Shown: positions 1-8,737 of the stretch, piece after piece
How the letters are laid out: every line of letters starts with the position of its first letter
Numbering within the stretch: the first letter of the stretch is position 1
NCBI GenBank assembly: GCA_965249185.1
Contig: CBDFLS010000002.1
Span: forward strand, 461,594 to 525,593
Source of the DNA: Dehalococcoidia bacterium
GTDB lineage: Bacteria; Chloroflexota; Dehalococcoidia; Lucifugimonadales; Australimonadaceae
Direction of reading: 5' to 3'
DNA: 64,000 bases
Made by a program: the position numbers and the translations under genes
Notes under the pieces: generated by a model
What the model was told of the DNA's origin: nothing
Databases searched by the model: none
What the model saw: the letters and a program-made list of their open reading frames with translations, nothing else

Positions 1-1057
1 CGATGCCCGTGCCCTCTCTGGTGGTCACGAAGCCCGCCGGCAGCACACGGTGACCGTGGTGTGCTAGCTCGTCGCTGCGGTAGGGCGGCTCGTAGTAAAC
101 GCCCACCAACTCCTGGCCGGTGAACCGCTCCAGCACCTGCCAGCCGTCGCTCAGTACGCGCTCCATGAGGCTCGTGGCCACGAGCAGGCGCTCCTGGGAC
201 GCGTCCGCAGGCGGTTCGACCAGCGCGTACTCCTCGCGGGGCGCCACGGCCAGGGCCCTGTTGGCGGTGAGCGTCCAGGGCGTGGTCGTCCACACCAGAA
301 AAGAGGGTGCTTCCCGCTCCCAGCGGGCGGCCTTGAGGTCGTACCCCAGCCGGGCCAGCGATTGCTCCGTGGCCCCGTCGGCGGCGCCCTGGGTCGCGGC
401 GAGTCGGAAGCGCACGTACACCGACGGGTCCGGTGTGTCCTCCTCGTAGCCCAGGGCCACCTCGTGGGAGCTGAGGCTGGTCACGCAGCGAGGACAGTGG
501 GGCGTCACCTTGTAGCCTTCGTACACCAGGCCCCGGTCCCAGAAGCGGCGGAAGAGCTGCCAGCCCGTCTCGATATAGCTGTTGTCGTAGGTCACGTAGG
601 CGTTGGCCATGTCCAGCCAGACGCCCGCCCGCTCCGTCATCGACTCCCACTCCTTCACGTAGCGGAAGACACTCTCGCGGCAGCGGCGGTTGAACTCCTC
701 GACCCCGTACTCCTCGATCTCCCGCTTGGAGCTGAGGCCCAGCTCCTTCTCCACCTCCAGCTCCACGGGCAGGCCGTGGGTGTCCCAGCCCGCCTTGCGC
801 ACGGGCCGGAAGCCCCGCATGGTCTTGTAGCGCAGGACCACGTCCTTGAAGACGCGGGAGAGCACGTGGTGCAGGCCGGGGTTGCCGTTGGCCGTGGGCG
901 GCCCCTCGTAGAAGACGAAGAGCGGCGCATCCCGGCGGAGGGCATCCACCCGGTGGAAGACGTCTATCCGGTGCCAGCGCTCCAGCGCCGCCTCCTCCAT
1001 CTCCGGGAAGCGGACCTTGCTGGAGACCGGCTCGAACTGCTTGCGAGATTTGGCCAT
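1..1057 (-). CDS. ileS: Isoleucyl-tRNA synthetase, N-terminal ~352 aa (gene continues beyond left window edge)
   Basis: Own translation of minus strand from ATG at 1057: MAKSRKQFEPVSSKVRFPEMEEAALERWHRIDVF..FYEGPPTANGNPGLHHVLSRVFKD..AGWDTHGLPVELEVEKELG. Open to nt 1, so absent from the ORF track. Preceded by a T-box leader. Confidence 0.9.
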   Translation of the reverse strand, partial: MAKSRKQFEPVSSKVRFPEMEEAALERWHRIDVFHRVDALRRDAPLFVFYEGPPTANGNPGLHHVLSRVFKDVVLRYKTMRGFRPVRKAGWDTHGLPVELEVEKELGLSSKREIEEYGVEEFNRRCRESVFRYVKEWESMTERAGVWLDMANAYVTYDNSYIETGWQLFRRFWDRGLVYEGYKVTPHCPRCVTSLSSHEVALGYEEDTPDPSVYVRFRLAATQGAADGATEQSLARLGYDLKAARWEREAPSFLVWTTTPWTLTANRALAVAPREEYALVEPPADASQERLLVATSLMERVLSDGWQVLERFTGQELVGVYYEPPYRSDELAHHGHRVLPAGFVTTREGTGI

Positions 1058-1074
1058 GGCGTTTCCCAGCCGTT

Positions 1075-1375
1075 CGCGCGTCGCGCATAAAACAAAGGCC
1101 GCCCCTTACAAAGGGACGGGCCTGAAAAGGTTCCCGCGGTACCACCCTTATTCCCCAGTCCGGCCGGGGCGCTCCACAGGGCGCCAACACGCCCTCGCCA
1201 CTGATAACGGGTGGCGGGCCCGGTCAGGCCTACTGGTCCCGGTGTGCCGGAACGTTCGGCTGACGGCTCGGGAGGGATCTTCGAACGGGGTCGGCCCGCC
1301 GGCTCGCACCGGACCCGGCTCGCTGAGAGAGTGTGCCCGTCTACTCGTCTCCGTCGTCGCCGTTGCCAAGACGGT
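1075..1375 (-). promoter_or_regulatory. T-box riboswitch leader of ileS with intrinsic terminator
   Basis: Minus strand reads AAUAAGGGUGGUACCGCGGGAA (T-box core = plus 1135-1147), followed by hairpin AGGCCCGUCCC..GGGGCGGCCU and UUUGUUUU (plus 1089-1123). Upstream lie an AGUA S-turn-like element, a GGUGCGA distal-loop motif and GAAGAUCCC containing AUC (Ile). Confidence 0.8.
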
Positions 1376-1617
1376 AGCATGGCGCTGCAAGGAGCGTCAA
1401 GCCAGGACGTATGGGAAGAGCAGCGTCTGCCAGGCCGAACGTGGAGGTGTTTTTCCCGTCCAACCCGCCCCGTTCGTTCGTTCCTTGGGAGAGGGGCCGG
1501 AGCGCACGCCCCGCCGCTGACCGTCACCGAGGACGACGTGGACGAGATGGTGGAGGCCGCCGACCAGGCCATCGGCTACATGGAGCGGAAGCTGGGTCTG
1601 GGCCGATGGCGGTCTAG

Positions 1618-2595
1618 TCACTGTCTGCGGCGGCGGGAGCGGAAGCCCCGCCGGCTGCGACGGGGGCGGGCGCCGGCTTCGGCCTCACGCCTGCTCGGTG
1701 GCGGAGCGGCCGTGGCGGTTCCCTCCGTCTCCTCATCCCCCGGCTCGGTCGGAATCTCGGCCTCTGGCCGCTGGGCAGCCTGGGCCGTCGACTCCTGGGC
1801 CAACCGGTACCGGAAGCGGCTGGCCACGGTGACTATGCCCAGCAGCACGGAGCTGGAGACCATCCACTGCACCGCCGCCTCTCCGAAGCTCCCCACGGTG
1901 AGCGCCTCATCCCGGAGCAGCGGCTCCTGCCACCCCGACAGCAGGCCGTGGGACATGACCAGGGCCCAAAGAAGCACGCTGCTCCGGACAGCGGGGCCGG
2001 CGGCATTGAACAGCAGCCCGTAGGCGATCCAGAGGAGTGCCCCCATCTCCAGGACCGCGCGCAGGGCGGCGGCCATGGTGAAGAGCGGCGCGCCGGCGAT
2101 GGCGACGCCGGCCTCCGCCTCGAACACAGGGATTCGGGCCGCCTGGGCCATCAGAAAGAAGGCGCCAAAGGCGATGGCATAGTGAGTGCTGTGCTTGGCC
2201 AGGGCCACACTGATTAAGAGCACGAAGCCGTAGACCACTACGAAGGCAAGCAGCGCGGCGGGCGCGGCGGCGAGGTCGGATTCGCGCGCCGCGAACCCGA
2301 TGGCGAGGATGGCGACGGCGCCCAGACCGGCGGGCGGCCAGGTGAAGAGGCCCAGCGGAAGCCTTCGCCGGGTGGCGTAGAAACCACCCGCGGCCGCCAG
2401 CATCAGAAGGACCGCGGCCGGCGGAGAGATGCCTCCCACGGTGCCCGGTCCGTCCAGCGCGCGCCAGGGCCAGGAGACCAGGGAGGCGGTCAGCAGCAGC
2501 AGATAGGGCAGGGCCAGTATCAGGCCGGGGTGATAGCGCTGGGAGCCGAAGATTGGGCTAGGGGTGGGGGAGGCGTTCATATCCGCCTTTCGCAC
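1618..2595 (-). CDS. Hypothetical polytopic membrane protein with Arg-rich C-terminal tail
   Basis: 325-aa ORF with many hydrophobic segments (LILALPYLLLLTASLVSW, AVLLMLAAAGGFYA, LLAFVVVYGFVLLISVAL). Alternative start MNASPTP at 2580. No family recognised. Confidence 0.6.
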   Translation of the reverse strand: MRKADMNASPTPSPIFGSQRYHPGLILALPYLLLLTASLVSWPWRALDGPGTVGGISPPAAVLLMLAAAGGFYATRRRLPLGLFTWPPAGLGAVAILAIGFAARESDLAAAPAALLAFVVVYGFVLLISVALAKHSTHYAIAFGAFFLMAQAARIPVFEAEAGVAIAGAPLFTMAAALRAVLEMGALLWIAYGLLFNAAGPAVRSSVLLWALVMSHGLLSGWQEPLLRDEALTVGSFGEAAVQWMVSSSVLLGIVTVASRFRYRLAQESTAQAAQRPEAEIPTEPGDEETEGTATAAPPPSRREAEAGARPRRSRRGFRSRRRRQ

Positions 2596-2730
2596 TCCTG
2601 GTCTCGGCTCCTGGAATGACGCCTCGGACCGCCGGCGACGGAGCAGTAGTCTGCGGACGGGTCGGTCTACTGGGCCGGAGGAGGCGTGCCGGAGCGGTGC
2701 TGCCCCAGCGCTGTCGCCGCTCCTGGGCGG

Positions 2731-3387
2731 CTAGTCCCTCGGGCCTTCCAGGGGCCGGATGGTCACCCGGCGCTCCAGACCCTCGCCGCTGCTCTCGGTG
2801 GCGACCTGGCCGTTGTCCGTCAGGCTCATGTGGATGATGCGCCGGTCGGCCGCCGACATGGCCTCCAGGGTGATGGGCGTGCCGCTGGCCGCCACCTGTT
2901 TGGCCGTGCGGTTGGCCAGCAGGCGGAGGTTCTGGTGGCGGCGCTCGCGGTACTGCTCCACGTCCACCATCACCATGGTCCGCTCGCCCTGCTGACGGCT
3001 GAGCAGCATATTGACCACGAACTGGAGCGCCTGGAGCGTCTCCCCCCGGCGGCCGATGAGCAGGCCTGCGTCGTCTCCCTGGATGTCGATGATTGGTGGG
3101 TCGTCGGGTCCGGAGCCGGAGCTGCGGATGGTGGGCAGGGCGTCCACGTCCATGGCCCTGAGGATGCGGCCCACCGTCACTATGGCCGCCGACGCCGTGC
3201 CGCCCTCCTGAGATATGCGGGTCACCCGGACCCGGGCCGGCTCGGCGCCGATGCCCAGGATGCCGGTGCGTCCTTTGCTAATGACGCTTACTTCGACCGC
3301 GTCGCGGTCGACGCCGAGTTCGAGGAGCGCGATTTCGATCGCGTCCTCCACCGTCTTGCTGGTCATCTCGATCATCTCTTTGTCCAT
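2731..3387 (-). CDS. jag: Jag/KhpB-type RNA-binding protein (Jag_N, KH, R3H)
   Basis: TSKTVEDAIEIALLELGV (Jag N domain), LLIGRRGETLQALQFV (KH GxxG), RRIIHMSL (R3H). GGAG lies 11 nt before the ATG. Position downstream of yidC matches the conserved cluster. Confidence 0.85.
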   Translation of the reverse strand: MDKEMIEMTSKTVEDAIEIALLELGVDRDAVEVSVISKGRTGILGIGAEPARVRVTRISQEGGTASAAIVTVGRILRAMDVDALPTIRSSGSGPDDPPIIDIQGDDAGLLIGRRGETLQALQFVVNMLLSRQQGERTMVMVDVEQYRERRHQNLRLLANRTAKQVAASGTPITLEAMSAADRRIIHMSLTDNGQVATESSGEGLERRVTIRPLEGPRD

Positions 3388-4186
3388 GGTCGTCTAACTC
3401 CTTGGGCGGCGGGGGGGTCAGCAGCGTTGGGGCCAGCGCGGGACCACGCTTCGGCCGGAGGCTGCCCCAACCGCTAACGAAGTACTGGATAATGATTCCG
3501 ATGAGGTTGGAAATGACCCAATAGAGGACAAGGCCACTGGGGAAGGTGAAGCCGAGGATCACGAAGAAGATGGGCATCATCCAGAGCATCATCCGCTGGG
3601 TGCTCTGCTGCCGCGGGTCGATGCTGGGCTGCATGGCCATCTTCTGCTGGACCCACATGCTGGCGCCGGCGAGGGCCGGAAGAACGGGCAGGCCCAGGCT
3701 CGTGTCCGGCTGCGCCAGGTCCATCCACAGGAAGGTTCGGTCCACGGGCACCACGCCGTGAAGGAACGAGAGCCACGAGTAGATCCGCGGTCCCAGGCCC
3801 GCCAGGTTCTCCGGCGTGAAGGGGAGGGTGTTGTTGATGGCGTAGAAGAGGCCGATCCAGATGGGGAGCTGAATGGCGAAGGGGCCCAGACAGCCTATGG
3901 GGCTCACCCCCATCTCCTTGTAGAGCCCCATAGTCTCCTTGGAGCGGCGCTGGGGGTCACCCTTGAACCGCTCCTGGATCGCCTTCATTTTGGGCTGGAG
4001 GGCCGTCATCTTTTGGGTCTGGCGGAGCTGGCGGAGGGTGAGCGGGTAGGTCAGGCCCCGGGTGATGATGGTGAAGGCGATGATGGACAGCCCAAAGCTG
4101 CTGAACAGCCACGTGTAGAGCAGCAGCAACCCATTGGTCATTGGGTTGACGATAACCGCGTTCCAGAGGTAGCCGATGGTCTCCAT
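3278..4186 (-). CDS. yidC: Membrane protein insertase YidC (short, Gram-positive-like form)
   Basis: ITRGLTYPLTLRQLRQTQKMTALQPKMKAIQERFKGDPQRRSKETMGLYKEMGVSP and LVLYWVISNLIGIIIQY are YidC/Oxa1 signatures. Basic tail RRRPRRGRSKRH. The 3' end as read overlaps jag by 110 nt. Confidence 0.85.
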   Translation of the reverse strand: METIGYLWNAVIVNPMTNGLLLLYTWLFSSFGLSIIAFTIITRGLTYPLTLRQLRQTQKMTALQPKMKAIQERFKGDPQRRSKETMGLYKEMGVSPIGCLGPFAIQLPIWIGLFYAINNTLPFTPENLAGLGPRIYSWLSFLHGVVPVDRTFLWMDLAQPDTSLGLPVLPALAGASMWVQQKMAMQPSIDPRQQSTQRMMLWMMPIFFVILGFTFPSGLVLYWVISNLIGIIIQYFVSGWGSLRPKRGPALAPTLLTPPPPKELDDHGQRDDRDDQQDGGGRDRNRAPRTRRRPRRGRSKRH

Positions 4187-4202
4187 TCTTGCGGTACGTC
4201 TC

Positions 4203-5444
4203 CTACTTGATGCTTACCGGCCAACCTTTGACTGGGAACCGCTTGGTGATATCGATGGCGTGGATGGTGCGGTCCATCGCGTGCACGTACACCACACCGT
4301 CTTTGGCCATGAGGGGCCCCCGGACATCGGCGCCGATCTCGAAGCTCCACTGCACGCTTCCGTTGCTGGCGCTCAGCAGATACAGCGTGTCGGCGTCGGA
4401 GGCCACCACCACCTGACTGCCTATCACCACGGGAGTGGAGAGGATGGCCCCTCCGGTATCGAAGGGCGTCCAGAGCTGAGCGCCCGTGGCCAGATTCACC
4501 GCGTAGAGCTTGCCGTCCAGACTGGGGACAAAGAGCGAGCGGCCGTCCGTGGCCACTCCACCCCAGAACCAGTTGCCGGCGGTGAGGAGCTTGGAAATCT
4601 GCCCCGAGGAGGCGTCCACGGCGTAGAAGCTGCGGTCGAAGGAGCCCACATATATCCGTCCCTGTGCGACCAGCGGGGTCGAGGCGATGGCGCCGCCCAG
4701 CTCGACCGGCGCCAGCCACTGGAGCGAGCAGTCCTCCAGGGAGACGGCGTAGAGGCGGTGGTCCAGGTCGCCGAAATAGGCGATGCCATCGCTCACGGTG
4801 GGAGTGGACCAGACCTTGCCGATGGTGCCCGACGCAGGGTACCTGCACTCCTCGGAGCCATCGTCTGCGTTGAGCACGTAGAATCGGCCGGTCTCGGAGT
4901 TCACCGCCGCGCCGAAGATTGCCTTGTCCCCCACGATCACCACGGAGCCCACCACCCCCTTGCTGATCTCATCCGCAGCACTCTCTTTGATACCGCCGGA
5001 GAAACCCACTTCGAACTGCCACACCTTTTGTCCACCGCCGTCCTCCACTCTCCCCGCCGTCACGGCATAGACTTTGCCGTTGTCTCCTCCCAAGAAGGCT
5101 TTGCCGTCGGCCACCGCCGGGGTGCCGTAGATGGCCCCGAGCTCGTCTACTGAGTCTCCGGTATCCTGGGGAAACTGCCACTCGCGGATGCCCGTTTCAG
5201 CGTCCAAGGCCAGGAGGGTTCCCTCCTGGGTGCCAACGTAAACCAGCTCCCCGCCGTCCACCACCGCCGACCATCCGCCGCCGGCGGCGAACCGCCCGCC
5301 CGTGCATCCTCCCACCAACAGCAGCGCCAGCAGCCCCACGGCCAGGTGCCAGCGGCGGACAGGCGAGCCCGCGCCGCGCCGCTTCCGGCGTTCCTCTGAG
5401 TGCGCTGATGGGCTTGAGCGTCTCAACAAGATGCGTTCCTTCAT
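4203..5444 (-). CDS. PQQ-like (BamB/YfgL-type) beta-propeller repeat lipoprotein
   Basis: Eight repeats of the type GxLYAxDxxxGxxxW (LLALDAETGIREWQF, KVYAVTAG..KVWQF, RLYAVSLEDCSLQW, KLYAVNLATGAQLW, TLYLLSASNGSVQW). Signal peptide with lipobox LLVGGC. ATG 5444 forms an ATGA overlap with the yidD stop. Confidence 0.8.
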   Translation of the reverse strand: MKERILLRRSSPSAHSEERRKRRGAGSPVRRWHLAVGLLALLLVGGCTGGRFAAGGGWSAVVDGGELVYVGTQEGTLLALDAETGIREWQFPQDTGDSVDELGAIYGTPAVADGKAFLGGDNGKVYAVTAGRVEDGGGQKVWQFEVGFSGGIKESAADEISKGVVGSVVIVGDKAIFGAAVNSETGRFYVLNADDGSEECRYPASGTIGKVWSTPTVSDGIAYFGDLDHRLYAVSLEDCSLQWLAPVELGGAIASTPLVAQGRIYVGSFDRSFYAVDASSGQISKLLTAGNWFWGGVATDGRSLFVPSLDGKLYAVNLATGAQLWTPFDTGGAILSTPVVIGSQVVVASDADTLYLLSASNGSVQWSFEIGADVRGPLMAKDGVVYVHAMDRTIHAIDITKRFPVKGWPVSIK

Positions 5445-5650
5445 GGCACCGGGTCGTACCCGCGGCCTCCCAACGGGTGGCACCGGACCAGACGCCGTAC
5501 AGCCAGCCAGGTCCCGCGGACGACGCCATGCCGGTGGAACGCCTCCCGAGAGTAGTGGGAGCAGGTGGGCGTGTAGCGGCAGACGCCCGGCGTGTAGGGC
5601 GACACAGCGTGCTGGTACCAGGTGATGAGCCCCGTGGCTACTCGTCGCAT
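5441..5650 (-). CDS. yidD: Membrane protein insertion efficiency factor YidD
   Basis: 69 aa; ITWYQHAVSPYTPGVCRYTPTCSHYSREAFHRHG..RRLVRCHPLGGRGYDPVP is the YidD signature. Confidence 0.9.
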   Translation of the reverse strand: MRRVATGLITWYQHAVSPYTPGVCRYTPTCSHYSREAFHRHGVVRGTWLAVRRLVRCHPLGGRGYDPVP

Positions 5651-6088
5651 CTATACATCTTTCTTTTGGGCCTCGGGAATGGGCTTTTGGGTCTCGGGAA
5701 TGGGGGAGCCCGCGAGCACGCTGGCCCGGCGCTCCACGCTCAGCACCGCCTCCTGCAGCGCGGCAAAGCCGGCCTCGGCCGCCGCCGCCCGGGCGATGAA
5801 GAGCAGGTCCCAGCCGGACCGTACCGGGGTCTGGCGGACCACCTCTCGGATCCGGCGCCGCACCCGGTTCCTGACCACTGCCTTATTCGTTACCCTGCGG
5901 CCTACAACGAAGGCGAAACGGGTATAGGGAAGGGAGTTGGGAGCCGCTCGCAGCACCAGCAGTGGATGGGCCCGGGAGATACCGTGCTCTCGGATCGCCT
6001 GAAAGTCGCTCTGGCGGCGCAGATGCTGCTCTCGCCGTAGGCCGACGCTCGAACGGACTGCGCTCGATGGGAGGGAGATAGTGCTCAA
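5651..6088 (-). CDS. rnpA: Ribonuclease P protein component
   Basis: [46 protein letters not shown] (RNR motif region). Chosen start is TTG 6088, overlapping the rpmH stop (TTGA). The frame stays open up to ATG 6208 (ORF-track start). Confidence 0.75.
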   Translation of the reverse strand: MSTISLPSSAVRSSVGLRREQHLRRQSDFQAIREHGISRAHPLLVLRAAPNSLPYTRFAFVVGRRVTNKAVVRNRVRRRIREVVRQTPVRSGWDLLFIARAAAAEAGFAALQEAVLSVERRASVLAGSPIPETQKPIPEAQKKDV

Positions 6089-6222
6089 GCGGCGAGCTGG
6101 TGACGCCCCTTGAAGCGGCGGCGGTGTAGCACGGCCCGGCCCATGCGGGTCGCCATGCGGGCCATAAAACCGTGACGTCGCAGTCGACGCCGTTTCTTGG
6201 GTTGCCACGTTCGTTTAGGCAC
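6085..6222 (-). CDS. rpmH: 50S ribosomal protein L34
   Basis: GTG at 6222 gives [45 protein letters not shown] (45 aa), the canonical L34 sequence. The ORF-track N-terminal extension is unlikely. Confidence 0.9.
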   Translation of the reverse strand: MPKRTWQPKKRRRLRRHGFMARMATRMGRAVLHRRRFKGRHQLAA

Positions 6223-6262
6223 GGGCGCTCTTACTACTCGGCGGACCTTGGCCCGCGTCGAA

Positions 6263-6291
6263 AGTATAATGGCGGCTACGAGGGGTGTCAA
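6263..6291 (-). promoter_or_regulatory. Candidate sigma70-type promoter of rpmH operon
   Basis: Minus strand: TTGACA (6291-6286), 17 nt spacer, TATACT (6268-6263), about 40 nt upstream of the rpmH GTG. Confidence 0.5.
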
Positions 6292-6361
6292 ACGAGGCGG
6301 CTTACCGGAAATGCACTCCAGGGGCCATCCTCAAACGGCCCCGCGCCCGTGGAGGGGAGAT

Positions 6362-7135
6362 ATGAAATCCGAGGGTGGCCGGCGCACATCCAAGGCACGG
6401 GTCGACAGCATGTTGGTGGCCCAAGGCCTGGCTGGGAGCAGGGCCAGGGCCCTGGCCCTGGTGCTGGCGGGCCGTGTGTACGTCGGCGATCATCGGGTGG
6501 AGAAGCCTGGATCGCAGCTTGCTTCGGACACGCTGCTGCGGCTCGAGGAGGGCCCCAGGTACGTTGGCCGGGGCGGACTGAAGCTGGCGGGGGCGCTCGA
6601 CGAGCTGCGCCTGGACGTGGCCGGCGTGGTGGCCCTGGACGTGGGCGCCTCCACCGGCGGGTTCACCGACTGCCTCCTTCAGCGGGGCGCCCGGCGTGTT
6701 TACGCCATCGACGTGGGATACGGTCAGCTCGCCACGACGCTGCGCGAGGACGCCCGGGTGGTCTCCCGGGAGCGGACCAACGCCCGGTTTCCCTATTCGC
6801 TGCCCGGGCCGGTGGGCCTGGTGGTGGCCGACGTTTCCTTCATCTCGCTGCGGCTGGTGCTGCCTCCCAGTCTGGAGCACCTGGCGCCCGGCGGTCACGC
6901 GTTGGCGCTGGTGAAGCCCCAGTTCGAAGCCGGCAGGGGCCGGGTGGGCCGGGGCGGCGTGGTGCGCGACCCGGCGGTGCACGCCCAGGTGGTGGGAGCG
7001 TTTTGCACGTGGGCCATCGACCGGGGGCTGCGCCTCCGGGGGGTGCGCGCGTCGGCGCTGGAGGGCGACCGGGGCAATCGGGAGTTCTTCGTGCTGCTCC
7101 AGAAGCCGGGGGATTCCGAGCGGAGCGAAGAATGA
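6362..7135 (+). CDS. tlyA: TlyA-family rRNA 2'-O-methyltransferase (S4 + FtsJ-like)
   Basis: RVDSMLVAQGLAGSRARALALVLAGRVYV (S4), YVGRGGLKLAGAL, LDVGASTGGFTDCLLQRGARRVYAIDVGYGQL (SAM site), ALVKPQFE, NREFFVLL. ATG 6362 is preceded by GGAGGGGAG. Confidence 0.85.
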   Translation: MKSEGGRRTSKARVDSMLVAQGLAGSRARALALVLAGRVYVGDHRVEKPGSQLASDTLLRLEEGPRYVGRGGLKLAGALDELRLDVAGVVALDVGASTGGFTDCLLQRGARRVYAIDVGYGQLATTLREDARVVSRERTNARFPYSLPGPVGLVVADVSFISLRLVLPPSLEHLAPGGHALALVKPQFEAGRGRVGRGGVVRDPAVHAQVVGAFCTWAIDRGLRLRGVRASALEGDRGNREFFVLLQKPGDSERSEE

Positions 7136-7189
7136 CAGAGCGCGGCTCAGAAGGGCGAAGAGGGAATCGGCACGGAGTACAAGCGCCGT

Positions 7190-7440
7190 CGTTGACTGTC
7201 CCCGCTCGTGGTTCGAGTGGTCCGACAACGCCGGACTCTCGATAAAATCGGACCTCACCACGATGGTTCGACGGGCTCACCACGAGCGGAAGCATAAATC
7301 CGCTCACCCTGAGGCTCTCGAAGGGTCACCCTGTCCGATGATGCTTCGCTCATCGAGACTCTCGATAGCCCCGATGGAATCGGGGCGTATCGGAGAGCCG
7401 AGTTTACCCTGAGCGAAGACGAAGGGAAGGGTCGGCCTGA
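7190..7440 (+). repeat. Modular dispersed intergenic repeat, copy A
   Basis: The 60-nt stretch 7202-7261 matches the reverse complement of 37301-37360 with 3 mismatches. Flanking modules (GCTCACCACGAGCGG, AATCCGCTCACC, CTCGAAGGG) also recur in shuffled order in copy B. Confidence 0.8.
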
Positions 7441-7540
7441 CGGACGATAGGGTGGATGGCGGGCCCGGGCAATCTGGGGGGTGCTATACTCTGGGCTGAG
7501 CTACCGGCGGAGGCAATTGAGCCACCGGAGGAGGAACGCC

Positions 7541-8737
7541 ATGAAGTGGGCATCCGCCCTTTCTGAAGCGGCCGGCCTGGACGAAGCCGTGGCGGAGTGC
7601 GCGGCGACGCTCCATGAACGGTTGGGCGAAGCCGGAGCGGTGCACTTGGCCGTCGTCTTCGCGTCGCCTCACTTCACGGACGGCTACGAGCGGGTCCCTC
7701 AACAGCTCCACCGGCACTTCCCTGGAGCGGTGGTGCTGGGGTGCAGCGGCGCCGGCATCATCGGCGATGGGCGGGAGGTGGAGGACCGGCCCGCCCTTTC
7801 AGTGACGGTGGCCCACCTGCCCAACGTCTCCATTACGCCCTTCCATCTCACCTCGGCCGACCTGCCCACGCCCGATGCGCCGCCGAACGCCTGGGTGCAA
7901 CGTCTGGGTGTGGGTCCGGAGGTGGCTCCGCAGTTTCTGATGCTGGTGGAGCCCTTCTCCATGGCGGGCGAGGACCTGCTGGCCGGTCTGGACTTCGCTT
8001 ACCCCGGCAGTGTCAAGATCGGCGGTCTGGCCAGCGGCGGACGGTCGCCCTCAGGCCAGGCGCTCTTTCTCAACGACCGCATGCACCGGGAGGGCGCCGT
8101 GGGCGTCGTGCTCTCGGGCGACATCATCGTGGACACGGTGGTGGCCCAGGGGTGCCGGCCCATTGGCGAGCCCCTGCGCGTCACTCAGGCCGAGAGGAAC
8201 ATTCTCATGGGCTTGGATGGGGAGCCGCCCCTGCGCGTGCTCGAGCGGGTCTACCACGGCCTGCCCTCCCGGGACCAGGAGCTGGTGCAGCGGAACCTGC
8301 TGCTCGGCATCGCCATGGACCCCCTTCGGGAGGAGGCCCACGCCGGAGACTTCCTGGTACGAAATCTGCTGGGCAGCGATATGCAGCGGGGCATCCTGGC
8401 GGTTGGCGCCCTGTTGCAAGAGGGGCAGCTCGTCCAGTTCCACGTCCGCGACGCCGAGACCTCCGCCGAGGACCTGGGCCGCTGCCTGGACGACTACCAG
8501 GCGCGGGCCCCGGAGGCCCCGCCCGCGGGCGCTCTCCTCTTCTCCTGCACCGGCCGCGGCATGCACCTCTACGGCCGTCCCGACCACGATACGGGTCTCT
8601 TCCGGGACGCGGTGGGCGCCGTGCCTTTGGCCGGTTTCTTCTGCGCGGGGGAGATCGGTCCCGTGGGCGGCGCCACCTACCTCCACGGCTTCACCAGCTC
8701 CTTCGCCATCTTTCGGTCCCGCCCGGGGTCCGGCTAG
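7541..8737 (+). CDS. FIST-domain sensor protein (FIST_N + FIST_C), no output domain
   Basis: 398 aa from ATG 7541 (GGAGGAGG upstream). LAVVFASPHF, VLGCSGAGIIG, KIGGLASGG, LLFSCTGRG..LAGFFCAGEIGP are typical FIST N/C motifs. Confidence 0.75.
   Translation: MKWASALSEAAGLDEAVAECAATLHERLGEAGAVHLAVVFASPHFTDGYERVPQQLHRHFPGAVVLGCSGAGIIGDGREVEDRPALSVTVAHLPNVSITPFHLTSADLPTPDAPPNAWVQRLGVGPEVAPQFLMLVEPFSMAGEDLLAGLDFAYPGSVKIGGLASGGRSPSGQALFLNDRMHREGAVGVVLSGDIIVDTVVAQGCRPIGEPLRVTQAERNILMGLDGEPPLRVLERVYHGLPSRDQELVQRNLLLGIAMDPLREEAHAGDFLVRNLLGSDMQRGILAVGALLQEGQLVQFHVRDAETSAEDLGRCLDDYQARAPEAPPAGALLFSCTGRGMHLYGRPDHDTGLFRDAVGAVPLAGFFCAGEIGPVGGATYLHGFTSSFAIFRSRPGSG

Noticed and set aside
5651-6208. Thermus-like arrangement with rnpA starting at ATG 6208 and overlapping all of rpmH out of frame
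   Set aside because: The rnpA frame is indeed open across rpmH. However, a TTG at 6088 overlapping the rpmH stop (TTGA) gives a normal-length N-terminus about 15 aa before the conserved [11 protein letters not shown] region. An open alternative frame of 40 codons is not surprising at this GC content. The long form cannot be excluded without proteomics.
6223-6361. Replication origin / dnaA next to rpmH
   Set aside because: The gene divergent from rpmH is tlyA, not dnaA. No cluster of TTATCCACA-like DnaA boxes or an AT-rich unwinding element is visible in the 140-nt spacer.
6197-6361. N-terminal extensions given by the ORF track for tlyA (6197), leuC (22094), ilvC (24776), ilvN (26113), the FIST gene (7481), the capsid gene (54677), terL (49774), terS (48419) and others
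   Set aside because: Internal ATG/GTG codons with good SDs coincide with the conserved family N-termini. The upstream extensions overlap neighbouring genes or promoters.
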